NCBI GenBank assembly: GCA_951406725.2
Contig: OX597815.1
Coordinates: forward strand, 1-64,000
Source of the DNA: Octopus vulgaris
Lineage: Eukaryota
DNA: 64,000 nt
Direction of reading: 5' to 3'
The position numbers were made by a program, and so were the translations under genes. The notes below the pieces were generated by a model. That model did no database searches. It saw only the letters and a list, made by a program, of their open reading frames with translations, and had not been told where the DNA came from. This document shows positions 17,221 through 28,554 of this stretch, piece after piece. How positions within the stretch are numbered: the stretch's first letter is position 1; each line of letters starts with the position of its first letter.

Positions 17221-18429
17221 GTGCATGTATATTAAATTTTACTCACAAAACATTGGTCAAGCAGAGACCATGGAAGAAGACGACCAAGTGTACTGTGCAG
17301 TAGTGTTGAACCGAGAATCATGTGCCTGCCAGAAATTATTGTAAAAACCTTCTTACAAAGGCTAAATGAATTATAGTGAATTACTGCAAACAAGTTCCAA
17401 GCACTTGTGTAACTGAAATGTGCTCAACAATTTATTAAGTGCTGGTTGTCCACTACTACTTCATGTTGTCAGTAAGTCCCCACAACCACCACCCAATGAA
17501 AGGGGTCAATTTCCTCAGCACCAATCCAGTCTGCCTTAGTTCACACCAACACAGTAGAAGCTTTAACAATAGGCTTGATTTCAATGTCTTACAAACATCA
17601 GCTTAAACAATACAGTAGGGTGGAGGTGGTGGTGTTGGTGTGTGTTAGGCAGGTGAAAGTACGAATCTGGGGTGTATGGGAACATAAGAAAGGGTGAAAG
17701 GGAGAAGGCTGTAGTGATTTATCACATTTTGTTTATATGAGAACAAGGAGGGAGTGCGAAAGTATTCATTAAAAGAGGGGAAAGAAAGCTGGCAGGTAGA
17801 GGAGAAAGAAAGGAATATGAGAGAATCTAAGCAGGAGACAGGTGGAGATAGGGAAACACAAAATACTCAGCTTCCAGAGAAATACCACAAATTCCTCCCA
17901 CTCCTACCACTGTCAGCAAATCCAGGAAGCTTGAGACCAAACTCCTGGCCTACTTTTGTTTTGTTTTTTACCACCACCACCACCACCACCACTAACAACA
18001 ACACAGCATAAATTATCTTCTAGCACTTACAGAAGACCAACTAGCATTCTTTTGAAACCAGCAAAAATTAAGTTAGCATGCTAGATGTGCGTGTGTGAGT
18101 GTATCTACAGACATCAGTTCATCAGTGTTGAATAAACAGCTTTTATTCAATTTACAAAGCTTGCTTGCACTGCTACCACCACCACCACCACCACCACCAC
18201 CACCACCATGCTCTATCATGACAATACATTACACACACACAACAGCATTTAATGCCTTGTAGCAAGACAAATCCTCCCAATGTATATTCTTACCCACTTT
18301 TTCAAGAGCATCTCACCCAATTTTATTGCCTCATCCTTCTCCTATTCCTCAGTTTAGCTTTCACACACCCCTAACTCCAGTCTCTGCTGGACTTTATCCT
18401 CCTACCACGGTAACACACACACACACACA

Positions 18430-18461
<32 letters not shown>

Positions 18462-18804
18462 TTCTCTCTACCTCTCCTGCCTTATCTTTCTTTGTATATA
18501 ACTTTATAGTCAACAAAGACCATGTCCCCAGTTCAGCACATCTACTACTACTGCTGCTACTGCTGCTGCTGCCATCAACATCTAAACAGTCTCTATTCAT
18601 GTGTGACCTGTCATCAACTAAAACAGGAGCCAAAAACACTTAACAGCTCCTACATACTAAACAAATAACTTAGTAGCCTGAAATGCTAAGCCCAATATAT
18701 TTCTCTCTTATAAATAATAATGAACCAAAGCCATGGTTAATTATTCCTATCAAATCAGTCTCTCTTTTCAAGGAAGACCTAAAAAATTATATAAACTGTC
18801 ACCA

Positions 18805-18806
18805 TG

Positions 18807-18847
<41 letters not shown>

Positions 18848-18850
18848 CAT
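18805..18850. repeat. (ATT)n microsatellite; (ACC)n at 18175-18208 and (CA)n(CT)n at 18412-18455 lie nearby
   Basis: Direct reading. Confidence 0.9.
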
Positions 18851-18879
18851 ATTCAATATATATTTTTATATTGGTTTTA

Positions 18880-19085
18880 AATTTTGGCACAAGGTCAGCA
18901 ATTTTAGATTGGGGAGGGGGGTAAGTCGATCCTATTGATCCCAGTACTCAACTGGTATTTATTTTACTGACCCTGAAAGAATGAAAGGCAAAGTAAACCT
19001 TGGTGAGATTTGAACTGAGAATGTGAGGACATAAAATGCCAGTAAGCATTTTGTCCAATGTGCTAATGACCACCAGCTGGCCACG
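18880..19085 (-). mobile_element. tRNA-derived SINE (family of 53140-53352)
   Basis: The reverse complement contains TTTGCCTTTCATTCTTTCAGGGTCAGTAAAATAAATACCAGTTGAGTACTGGG. Confidence 0.7.
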
Positions 19086-19472
19086 TCATTTTTTTTATAT
19101 TAAAAGTTATCTTTGTTCTTACAAAAATATTTTAACAAAATAAACTGTTTTGAATGCTGCCAATAACATTACTATTTCTAAGGAAATGCAAGTTAGAGAG
19201 AGAAAGAGGAGAAGGCCATCAGATGGAAGGTTTCAAAGTATTTAGCTTTGTCTTTTAATATCCTTACAATGGGTGACAACACAAGAAATGCTTCTATCTT
19301 TCAAGATTCAAAGTTCTTCAGGACTGGAGTCATAGACATTATTAAAATAACTATCAGTCCCAGTGGTTGACTCTATTTCTCTCTAGGAAAGTGTTGCCTT
19401 AGTACCAGTCATATATTGTGGTCAAGTGACTCTACTCTCCTGAATTGTGCTATCTTAGTACCAGTCATATAT

Positions 19473-19653
19473 AACGAGAATTGAAAAATGCACACACTCA
19501 AAAGGGTTACAGAATGCCATAATAAACCTTAAAAAGTATGGGACTAGCATTGTTGCTCAAAAATGTTGGAATCCCTCTATGTTGTGCATTCATGTGCACT
19601 TTATTATGACATTCTGTAACGCTTTTGAGCATGCACATTTTTCAATTCTAGTT
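19473..19653. mobile_element. Small MITE-like fold-back with ~54-bp inverted repeats
   Basis: 19473-19526 (AACGAGAATTGAAAAATG...GTTACAGAATGCCATAATAAA) is complementary to 19600-19653. Confidence 0.7.
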
Positions 19654-19671
19654 TCGTACTTTTTAAGGCAA

Positions 19672-20030
19672 CATCATCATCATCGTCATCATCATCATTT
19701 AAAGTCCGTTTTCCATGCTAGCATGTGTTGGACGGTTCAACTGGGGTCTGGGAAGCCAGAAGGCTGCGCCAGGCCCAGTCTGATCTGGCAGTGTTTCTAC
19801 AGCTGGATGCCCTTCCTAACGCCAACCACTCTGAGAGTGTAGTGGGTGCTTTTTATGTGCCACCTGCACAGGTGCCAGACGAGGCTGGCAAACGGCCACA
19901 ATCGGATGGTGCTTTTTCCGTGCCACCAGCACGGAGGCCAGATGGGGCGGCGCTGGCAACGGCCACGTTCGGATGGTTCTCTTACATGCCACCGGCACTG
20001 GTATCTCAGCTACAATTTCCATTGATGTTG
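19672..20030 (-). mobile_element. RTE-LINE 3'UTR/tail fragment
   Basis: (CAT)n plus the conserved tail motifs in reverse orientation. Confidence 0.85.
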
Positions 20031-20454
20031 AAAGATTTATTTTATATATATATACCATATTTCTCCTAATGGTGTGGCAGCCTCTAATAATCTGACACTC
20101 TAACACTGACCAACTGAAATAGTGTGACTGTCACAATATTAAAAAATGTCCGATAAAAATCAATAATTATTGTCGTATTTGTTTATTTTCATTCAGAGAG
20201 ATACTGAACAGCAGCAGCTAGAATATTATAAGCTGTACTATAAAGAAATATATTTTTTTAAATATTAATTTTTAGAAAATCATTAGCAAAATCTAAAATG
20301 ACATCCGATGCAACAAAGAAAAAATGAGAGACAAAATTCTTGAAGACAGCTGCATGCCAAACTATCACTCATCAGCTGACGATGATTGGAAATCAACCAA
20401 TAAAACGCAATCACCACACAAACAGCCACAGCCTCCTTACACTTTCATTCGCAA

Positions 20455-20775
20455 CATCATCATCGTTTAACGTCCGTTTTCCATGCTGGCATGGGTTGGA
20501 TGGTTTGACTGGGGTCTGGGAAGCCAGGAGGCTGCACCAGGCTCCAGTCTGATCTGGCAGTGTTTCTACAGCTGGATGCCCTTCCTAACGCCAACCACCG
20601 CACAAGGGGCCAGGATAGGTGGCAATGACCACCATCAGATGGTGCTTTTTACGTGCCACAGGCACGGAAGCCAGTCAAGGTGGTACTGACATCAGCCACA
20701 TTCGGATTGTGCTTTTTCACGTGCTACCAGCATGGGGCTCACAACTACAATTTCCATTTGATTTGATTTTGATAT
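20455..20775 (-). mobile_element. RTE-LINE 3'UTR/tail fragment (older)
   Basis: Same motifs, more diverged. Confidence 0.8.
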
Positions 20776-20892
20776 TGCTGAAAAAGAGGAGGGGTGTTTC
20801 CACGCAGGAAAAAATATAGGGAAATTTGTTGTTGAAAATGCACCTAAAGTTGGAAAATTCACAATTGTTTAAAATACATTTATTTACATATA

Positions 20893-20934
20893 TACCAAAC
20901 TAGTTTCAACAACATCTTTTGTTTATCAATGGTA
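20893..20934 (-). ncRNA. Degenerate minimal hammerhead ribozyme motif
   Basis: Minus strand: TACCA-TTGATAA-ACAA-AAGATG-TTGT-T-GAAA-CTAG-TT-TGGTA; stems I and II and the palindromic loop are present, but the core has two substitutions versus CUGAUGA. Confidence 0.5.
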
Positions 20935-21338
20935 AAAGTTTAAAATTATGAATTAGAAAAACATCTTTTTCAATGTTGACAAATAAAAATGTTCAAAATA
21001 GACGAATTTAGCATTATGAATTAGGAGGACAGGTACAAGTTTAAATGTTCATAGCAGTCAATAATATTAAAACTGTATATCAATTTGTTTGAATGCACAA
21101 AACTAATTAATGTTGGTGGTGATTGGCAAGTCATACTGAGTTAAGAGGGGGAAAAATAAGGGAGAAATGAAAATAGTAAAAAAAGGGAATTTGGTTTACA
21201 ATTTCACTAATCCTCTTTCCATAGACACTTTCGCTTGTAATGGTATGTTTTGGAACCAGATGTATTTATAATTTTTTCTGTAAGTGGATCTGACTTTTGA
21301 TTCATTAAAATACTGGTGACGTCTTGTTTTTCTGAAAA

Positions 21339-21383
<45 letters not shown>

Positions 21384-21426
21384 TAAATAAATGGAGTTGA
21401 ACGCAGATGCTATTCAAATTCTTTTA

Positions 21427-21509
21427 CTTTCGACATATGTTTCGAAGACAACATTGGTTTTATTCCAAAGGAATAAACGGTGTAAAATGCAATCTTCTCA
21501 TCAGGAAAG
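21427..21509 (-). ncRNA. Type-I hammerhead ribozyme with palindromic stem III (Penelope-like pLTR type)
   Basis: Minus strand: CTTTC-CTGATGA-GAAGA...(long hairpin)...TCTTC-GAAA-CATATG-TC-GAAAG; perfect core, 5-bp stem I, stem II, predicted GUC cleavage triplet. Confidence 0.85.
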
Positions 21510-21892
21510 AAAGAGAACCTATCTCAACAACAAGACATTATAACAATTTTGATGACTGCATAAATGATAAACAGAACACTATTAAGTATTTTTTTAAAAA
21601 CCGTTAGTAGATCCAACGTCAAAGGCAGACCCTAGGAAGAGAAGAGGTAAAGAAGTAATAAGTAGAGAACGAATAAAGAGGGATATATTGGTTGAAAAAA
21701 TGTTCAAAGGCTTGGAATAGATTTCTCTATTGAAGTAAAGTGCAAGGTGAACAAAATGTTCAAACTATAAAGACTGGTAAAATCACTTATATGAGCTAAA
21801 GGTATGTTACTTGCGTGAATTTTGCTACCCTAGTAACTGTTTATTGAATTTTTCATGTTAATGGTAAACAAAGGATAATTCAATCATCCATT

Positions 21893-21920
<28 letters not shown>

Positions 21921-21923
<3 letters not shown>

Positions 21924-22187
21924 TGTCGTATTTAGGAATGGTCATTTTGCCAGTTTAGCCAATAAAAACACACGCACTATATATTTGGTGTTACTTTGCT
22001 TCAGCTTTATTTATTTTTTACATTAATCTTAATCTTATTTCAGCTAGAGTTCTTTCATCACACTCCTGTGACCTCATCAGTGGTCCTTTGCTTTCTTCTT
22101 TCTTATTTGTGTGTCTCTCCTTACTAACGGTCAGCCATTTTGTATTTGGCTAAACTGGCAAAATGACCATTCCTAAATACAACAATA
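21921..22187 (-). mobile_element. Short element with ~42-bp terminal inverted repeats and an internal hammerhead-like core (22041-22085)
   Basis: TATTGTCGTATTTAGGAATGGTCATTTTGCCAGTTTAGCCAA and its complement (1 mismatch); interior minus strand CTGATGA-G-GTCACA-GGAG-TGTGAT-GAAA-GAACTC-TA. Confidence 0.7.
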
Positions 22188-22241
22188 TCTGTTTCAAAAC
22201 ACAATTTCACATCAAAAATCTTGTAAAACAAATATATAAAC

Positions 22242-22280
<39 letters not shown>

Positions 22281-22499
22281 CCCATGCTAGCATGGAAAAC
22301 GTACGTTAAACAATGATGATGATCATCATCATGATAGATAGATAGATAGATAAAACTTATGTGAAAATGGATGTGTGGCATTCAATCATATAATAAAGTA
22401 AATAATATATATACATATGCACACATACATACATACATGCACATAACTACATACCTGTACCCATATGTGCATGTGCATATACATATGTGCATATGCATA

Positions 22500-23680
22500 T
22501 ACATATGTATGCATATAGAAGGTAGCTGGAAATTCCTACGGGACAGCTTACTGAGTGCCACAGATTGAGTCTGCGGATGGTGCAAAGTCCCTTCCAGACC
22601 TAGAGTAACATGGTGGTGGAATAATACGGTAGATAAAGCCATTAGAATGAAGAAACAGGCCTGCAAACCCTGGAAGGGTGAGTGTAGCAGGGAACTGTAC
22701 CAGATAGCCAGAAGGGAGGTTGGGCAACAGATATACTTAGGCAAGGGAGAAGCAGAAAAGAAGTTTGCTAATGTCCAGTGACGTGAGGACCAAAGAACTG
22801 AAGTATTTTGGATGGCAAGACAGTGTGAGAGAAAATTGTGATGTCACAGGAGAGAAATGTGTCTGCATGGATGATGGTGTACTTGCTTTTAATGATTCGG
22901 AAAAGAAAGAGGCTTGGAGAAGCCATTATGAAAGACTGCTGAATGTGGAGAATGAATGGGAGGAGGAGAGCCTGCCAAATGTTGACCCAGTTGAGGAACC
23001 AGCTATCCGAATAGACAGCACCCTGGTAGATAAAGCAATTAAGGGTATGAAGCCAGGAAAAGCCCCCGGCCCATCAAGAATCACTGCTGAGATGCTTAAA
23101 ACATCTGATGGTGTGGGCTATGGCCTAGTCACCCGGATTGTAAACCAGGTAGTTCATGATGGAGTCATACCCATAGACAGGCATAGCAGCACCATAGTCA
23201 ACTGCTACAAGGGTAAAGGTGATGCTTTAGATAGAAATAACTGTAGGGATATCAAACTGCTGGGTCAGGTGATGGAGGTCACAGAGAGGGTCATAGCCCA
23301 ACTAATTCGGGAGAGAGTCTACTTAAATGAGATGCAGTACGGTTTTGTGCCATGTAGAAGCACCACTGATGCTGTATTACTGGTTCGACAACTACAGGAG
23401 AAATACCTAGCCAAGATAAACCCTTATACTTGGATATTTTGTGGACTGGAGAAAGCCTTTGACAGGGTCCCCTGATCTCTTATTTGGTGGGCGATGTGGA
23501 AACTGGGGATTGACGAATGGTTAATAAGGGCTGTACAGAGATGCCATTAGTAAGGTTAGGGTTGGCAATGAGTATAGTGAAGAATTCTGGGTAGAAGTAG
23601 GGGTCCACCAAGGATCAGCCCTCAGCCTTCTCTTATTCATCATAGTCGTCCAGGCAATAACAGAGAAATTCAAGATAGGA
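22500..23680 (+). mobile_element. Decayed RTE-LINE ORF2 fragment (pre-RT and RT N-terminal part)
   Basis: EAWRSHYERLLN, MKPGKAPGPSRITAEMLK, YKGKGDALD, QYGFVPCRSTTDA, LEKAFDRVP. Confidence 0.9.
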
Positions 23681-23685
23681 TTCCA

Positions 23686-23725
23686 TTAGCACTATGACCC
23701 AGCAACACCGGGTCATAATGCTAGT
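23686..23725. other. 40-bp hairpin ending in CTAG|T (Helitron-3'-end-like mini fold-back)
   Basis: TTAGCACTATGACCC-AGCAACACC-GGGTCATAATGCTAG-T. Confidence 0.55.
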
Positions 23726-23789
23726 ACATATATATAAATATATATATATGTATATATACATATATGCATACATATATAGATACATATCT

Positions 23790-24850
23790 ATCACGGCTGC
23801 CCCCTCGTTATCGAGTATGGCCATTGCACGAAGCTTAACTGTTACTGGTGCTGTGATCGAATGTGACTTTTTAGCCCAGCCAAAGATCTACAATGTCTTG
23901 TACAGAATTGGCAACTAAAACCTTTACCGGTAATAGCTGGCTGTAGTTGTAACTGGGCTTCATGTACCTTTGCATGTCGTTGAAGTCCTCTTGCCGAATT
24001 ACACTCTCTTCCACATGCCCGACAGATATGATTAGTATGGTGCGTAACACCACCACCAGTGGCCAGGTTGTCACTCATCTGTCTCGCTTTATGACTACGA
24101 AGATGACTCTTGAGTCCAGCTTTACTGAGGCAGAGTCTTGCACAGACACTGCATGTCAGAATCATAGGAAGACCCTTCCTATCTGGAAGTGTAACAGCGA
24201 TGCCCTTCCTGACGTCCCTCCTTACTTTCTCATGTACAACTCGAGATTTCTCAAAAGTGGCTGTCCCCTTGTGCACAATCCTTCTCCACCTGCTACGATC
24301 AATAGCTATGCCTTCCCATGTGTCAGGAGAGATACAAGCATCTCTTAAGGAAGCCTTCAGCAAGTCCTTATACCTCTTTTTTGGTTTATGTGGAGGTCGT
24401 TCTCCTTTGTCTAACTCTCCATAAAAGAGTTGTTTTGGCATCCTTGAATCCTTCATCCTGACCAGATGACCACTCCATCTGAGCCTTTGCGTTAACACAA
24501 GAGCTTCTATACTTTCACACCGAGAGCCTTCCAATATTTCAAGATCACTGATGCAGTCCTTCCACTTAATGCCATAGATCCATCTGAGACACATCTGATG
24601 GAAACGTTCCGATTGTTTAAGGTGGTATCAATATATGACCCACGTCTCGCAGGCATATAGAAGAGAAGGGAGCACACATGCCTTGTACACCTTTATCTTT
24701 GTCTTTCTGCATATGTCTCGCCAACTCCAGTGGTGCTTTTCTATCCTTCCGAAAACAACACTTGCTTTCCTAATTCTATATGGAATTTCATCATCCAAAT
24801 TGCTATATCTATTAATAGTGCTTCCCAGGTAGACAAACTTATCAACTACA
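23790..24850 (-). mobile_element. 3' part of an RTE/BovB-type LINE with three C-terminal C2H2 zinc fingers
   Basis: VVDKFVYLGS, LPSLLYACETW, RLRWSGHLVRM..RMPKQLFYGEL, then CSVC..HLRSH, CRAC..HAKVH and CQFC..HIRSQH; one stop near 24628. Confidence 0.9.
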
Positions 24851-24859
24851 TATGGTATG

Positions 24860-24900
<41 letters not shown>

Positions 24901-24920
24901 TAAATATACATATATATATA

Positions 24921-27080
24921 CTAGTCAACTGCTACAAAGGTAAAGGTGATGCCCTGGATACAAATAATTACAGAGGTATCAAGCTGTTGGATCAGGTAAT
25001 GAAGGTTACGGAGAGGGTCTTAGCCCAACTAATTAGAGAGAGAGTTAGTTTAGATGAGATGCAGTTTGGGTTTGTCCCAGGGAAAAGCACCACTGATGCT
25101 ATATTCCTGGTAAGGCAGCTGCAGGAGAAATACCTAGCCAAGGATAAGCCCCTGTACCTGGCTTTTGTTGACATGGAGAAAGCCTTTGATAGGGTCCCCC
25201 GATCCCTCATCTGGTGGTCAATGAGGAAACTAGGGATAGATGAATGGCTGGTGAGGGCTGTGCAAGCCATGTACAGAGATGCCGTAAGTAAGGTTAGAGT
25301 TGGCAACATGTACACAGAAGAATTCAAAGTAGAGGTTGGGGTCCACCAGGGTTCAGTACTCAGCCCCCTCCTATTTATCATAGTCCTCCAGGCAATAACG
25401 GAGGAATTCAAGACAGGTTGCCCCTGGGAGCTCCTCTATGCTGACGACCTCGCTCTAATCGCTGAGTCACTATCAGAACTGGAGGAGAAGTTCCAGGTGT
25501 GGAAGGAGGGTTTAGAATCGAGGGGCCTTAGAGTCAACCTAGCTAAAACCAAAGTACTAATAAGTAGAAAGGTAGAAAACCCACAAATATCATCAGGAAG
25601 ATGGCCCTGCTCGATCTGTAGAAAAGGTGTAGGTAGAAACTCTATAAGATGTACCCAGTGTAAGCTATGGACACATAAGAGGTGCAGCAATGTCAAAGGT
25701 AGGCTAACTGGGAAGATAGTTTTTGTATGTGGCAGGTGCTCTGGAGCACTGACCTCCGAAAATCTGCAGAAAACAACTTCTGTCACTTTCCGGGGGAAAA
25801 ACTAGAAGTAGTTGATAGTTTCCGCTATCTAGGTGACCAAGTCAGTAGTGGGGGTGGGTGCGCTGAAAGTGTAACTGCTAGAATAAGAATAGCCTGGGCA
25901 AAGTTTAGGGAGCTCTTACCTCTGCTGGTGACTAAAGGCCTCTCGCTCAGAGTAAAAGGCAGACTGTATGATGCATGTGTACGAACAGCTATGCTACATG
26001 GCAGTGAAACATGGGCCGTGACTGCTGAGGACATGCGTAAGCTCGTGAGGAACGAAGCCAGTATGCTCCGATGGATGTGTAATGTCAGTGTACTTACTCG
26101 ACAGAGCATTAGTACCTTGAGAGAAATGTTGTACCTAAGAAGCATCAGTTGTTGTGTGCAAGAGAGACGATTGCGCTGGTATGGTCATGTGGCGAGAATG
26201 GATGAAGAGAGGTGTGTGAGAAAGTGCCAATCCCTAGCAGTTGAGGGAACCCGTGGAAGAGGTAGACCCAGGAAAACCTGGGACGAGGTGGTGAAGCACG
26301 ACCTTCGGACGTTAGGTCTCACCATGGAAATGACTAGAGACCGAGACCTATGGAAGTATGCTGTGCGTGAGAAGACCCGGCAAGACTAGTGAAGCCATAA
26401 TCCGTGGCCCCTACCTGGGACGTAGTCAGTCCACCTGTGCATACCTTCCTTCTTGTGACACTTGTGAAGACCTGTTGAGGCAAGTGAGAATCGAATCGTA
26501 TCAAATCAAATCGAACCAAATCAAAATAGATGAACATCAATGGAATTTGTATCCTTGTGGTACCAGTGCCGGTGACACATAAGAAAACCATCCGAACGTG
26601 ACCGTAGCCAGTACCGCAATGACTGGCCTCCGTGCTGAGGGCACGTAACAAACACCATCCGAGCGTGGCCGTCCGCCAGCCTCGTCTGGCACCTGTGTCG
26701 GTGGCACATAAAAAACACCATCCGAGCGTGGCCGTCTGCCAGCCTCGTCTGGCACCTGTGTCGGTGGCACATAAAAAACACCATCCGAGCGTGGCCGTCT
26801 GCCAGCCTCGTCTGGCACCTGTGTCGGTGGCACATAAAAAACACCATCCGAGCGTGGCCGTTTGCCAGCCTCGTCTGGCACCTGTGTCGGTGGCACATAA
26901 AATCACCCACTACACTCTCGGAGTGGTTGGCGTTAGGAAGGGCATCCAGCTGTAGAAACACTGCCACATCTGACTGGCCTGGTGCAGCCTTCGGGCTTCC
27001 CAGACCCCAGTTGAACCGTCCAACCCATGCTAGCATGGAAAGCGGACGTTAAACGATGATGATGATGATGATGATGATGA
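24921..27080 (+). mobile_element. Young 5'-truncated RTE LINE: RT, PHD-like insert, C-terminus, tandem-repeat 3'UTR and (GAT)n tail
   Basis: FVDMEKAFDRVP, GVHQGSVLSPLLF and LYADDL motifs; one frameshift near 25790 joins ORFs 24852-25805 and 25727-26389; RLRWYGHVARM; tail at 27055-27080. Confidence 0.95.
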
Positions 27081-27154
27081 TATATATATATACATATATA
27101 AATATACATATATATACACACGCATATATATAGATATATATATTATACATATAA

Positions 27155-28422
27155 TAGAATCAAAGGCTTTAGAGTCAATGTAGCAAAGACCAAAGTTCTA
27201 GTAAGTAGGAAGGCAAACTCACCACACACTCCTTCAGGTAGGTGGCCCTGCTCGATCTGTAGAAAAGGTGTAGGTAGAAACTCCATAAGATGTACCCAGT
27301 GTAAGAGGTGCAGCAATATCAAAGGAAAATTAACCGAGAAAATAGCTTTCATGTGCGGCAGATGCACAGGGGTAATAGACACCATTGATACTCAGAAAAA
27401 AGATTCCATTACACTCCTTGGAGAGAGACTAGAAGTAGTTGATAGTTTCTGCTACCTAGGTGACCAAGTTGGTAGCAGGGGTGGATGCTCAGAAAGTGTT
27501 ACGACTAGAATAAGAATAGCCTGGGCAAAGTTTAGGAAGCTTCTACCCCTACTGGCGACAAAGGGTCTCTCGCTCAGAGTGAAAGGTAGATTGTATGACG
27601 CATGTGTGCGAACTGCCGTGACTGCGGAGGACATGCGTAGGCTCGAGAGAAATGAAGCTAGCATGATCTACTGGATGTGTAATGTCAGTGTCCCTGCACA
27701 ACAGAGTGTAAGCGCCCTGAGAGAAATGTTGGGCATAAGAAGCATTGGATGCAGCGTGCAGGAGAGGCGATTGCATTGGTATGGTCATGTACTACGGATG
27801 GATGAGGAGAGATGTCTGAAGAAGTGCCACTCCCAAACTGTTGAAGAAATCCGGGGTAGAGGTGGACCCAGGAAGACATGGGATGAGGTGGTCAAGCATG
27901 ACCTTCGTACTTTGAGCTTCACAGAGGCTATGACGAAAGACCAAGACCTCTGGAGATATGCTGTGACTGTGAAGACCCGACAAATGAAGTGAGTTTATGG
28001 CTTGCAGGACGGCCTGCTGTGCTGACCTTGGATTGTAGAGTGACCCGCTGTTCTTGAGGAGACCTATTGAGTCAAGTACGTCAACACCAACATCAAAATG
28101 AAAATCAAATGGAAATTATAGTTAAGACACCTGTGCCGGTGACACGTAAAAAGCACCGTCCGAACATGGTATGCCAGCGCCGCCTGACTGGCATCCGTGT
28201 GGGTGACACGTAAAAGCACCAACCGATCGTGGCCGTTTGCCAGCCTGCTCTGGCACGTAAAAACCACCCACTACACTCACGGAGTGGTTGGCGTTAGGAA
28301 GGGCATCCAGCTGTAGAAACACTGCCAAATCAGACTAGAGCCTGGTGCAGCCTCCATGGCTTACCAGACCCCAGTTGAACCGTCCAACACATGCTAGTAA
28401 GGAAAACAGACGATAAATGATG

Positions 28423-28423
<1 letters not shown>
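27155..28423 (+). mobile_element. Second 5'-truncated RTE LINE copy
   Basis: LEVVDSFCYLGDQV...RLHWYGHVLRM, followed by a diverged 3'UTR and tail. Confidence 0.9.
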
Positions 28424-28453
<30 letters not shown>

Positions 28454-28515
28454 TGTATATATATATATATATGCATGTATATATATATATATATGTATAT
28501 GTATATATATATACA

Positions 28516-28550
<35 letters not shown>

Positions 28551-28554
<4 letters not shown>

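Noticed and set aside
26650-26900. CRISPR-like appearance of the ~60-bp repeats (also 6950-7200 and 29100-29350)
   Set aside because: The units are head-to-tail with no unique spacers, there are no cas genes, and they lie in a LINE 3'UTR in a eukaryotic context.
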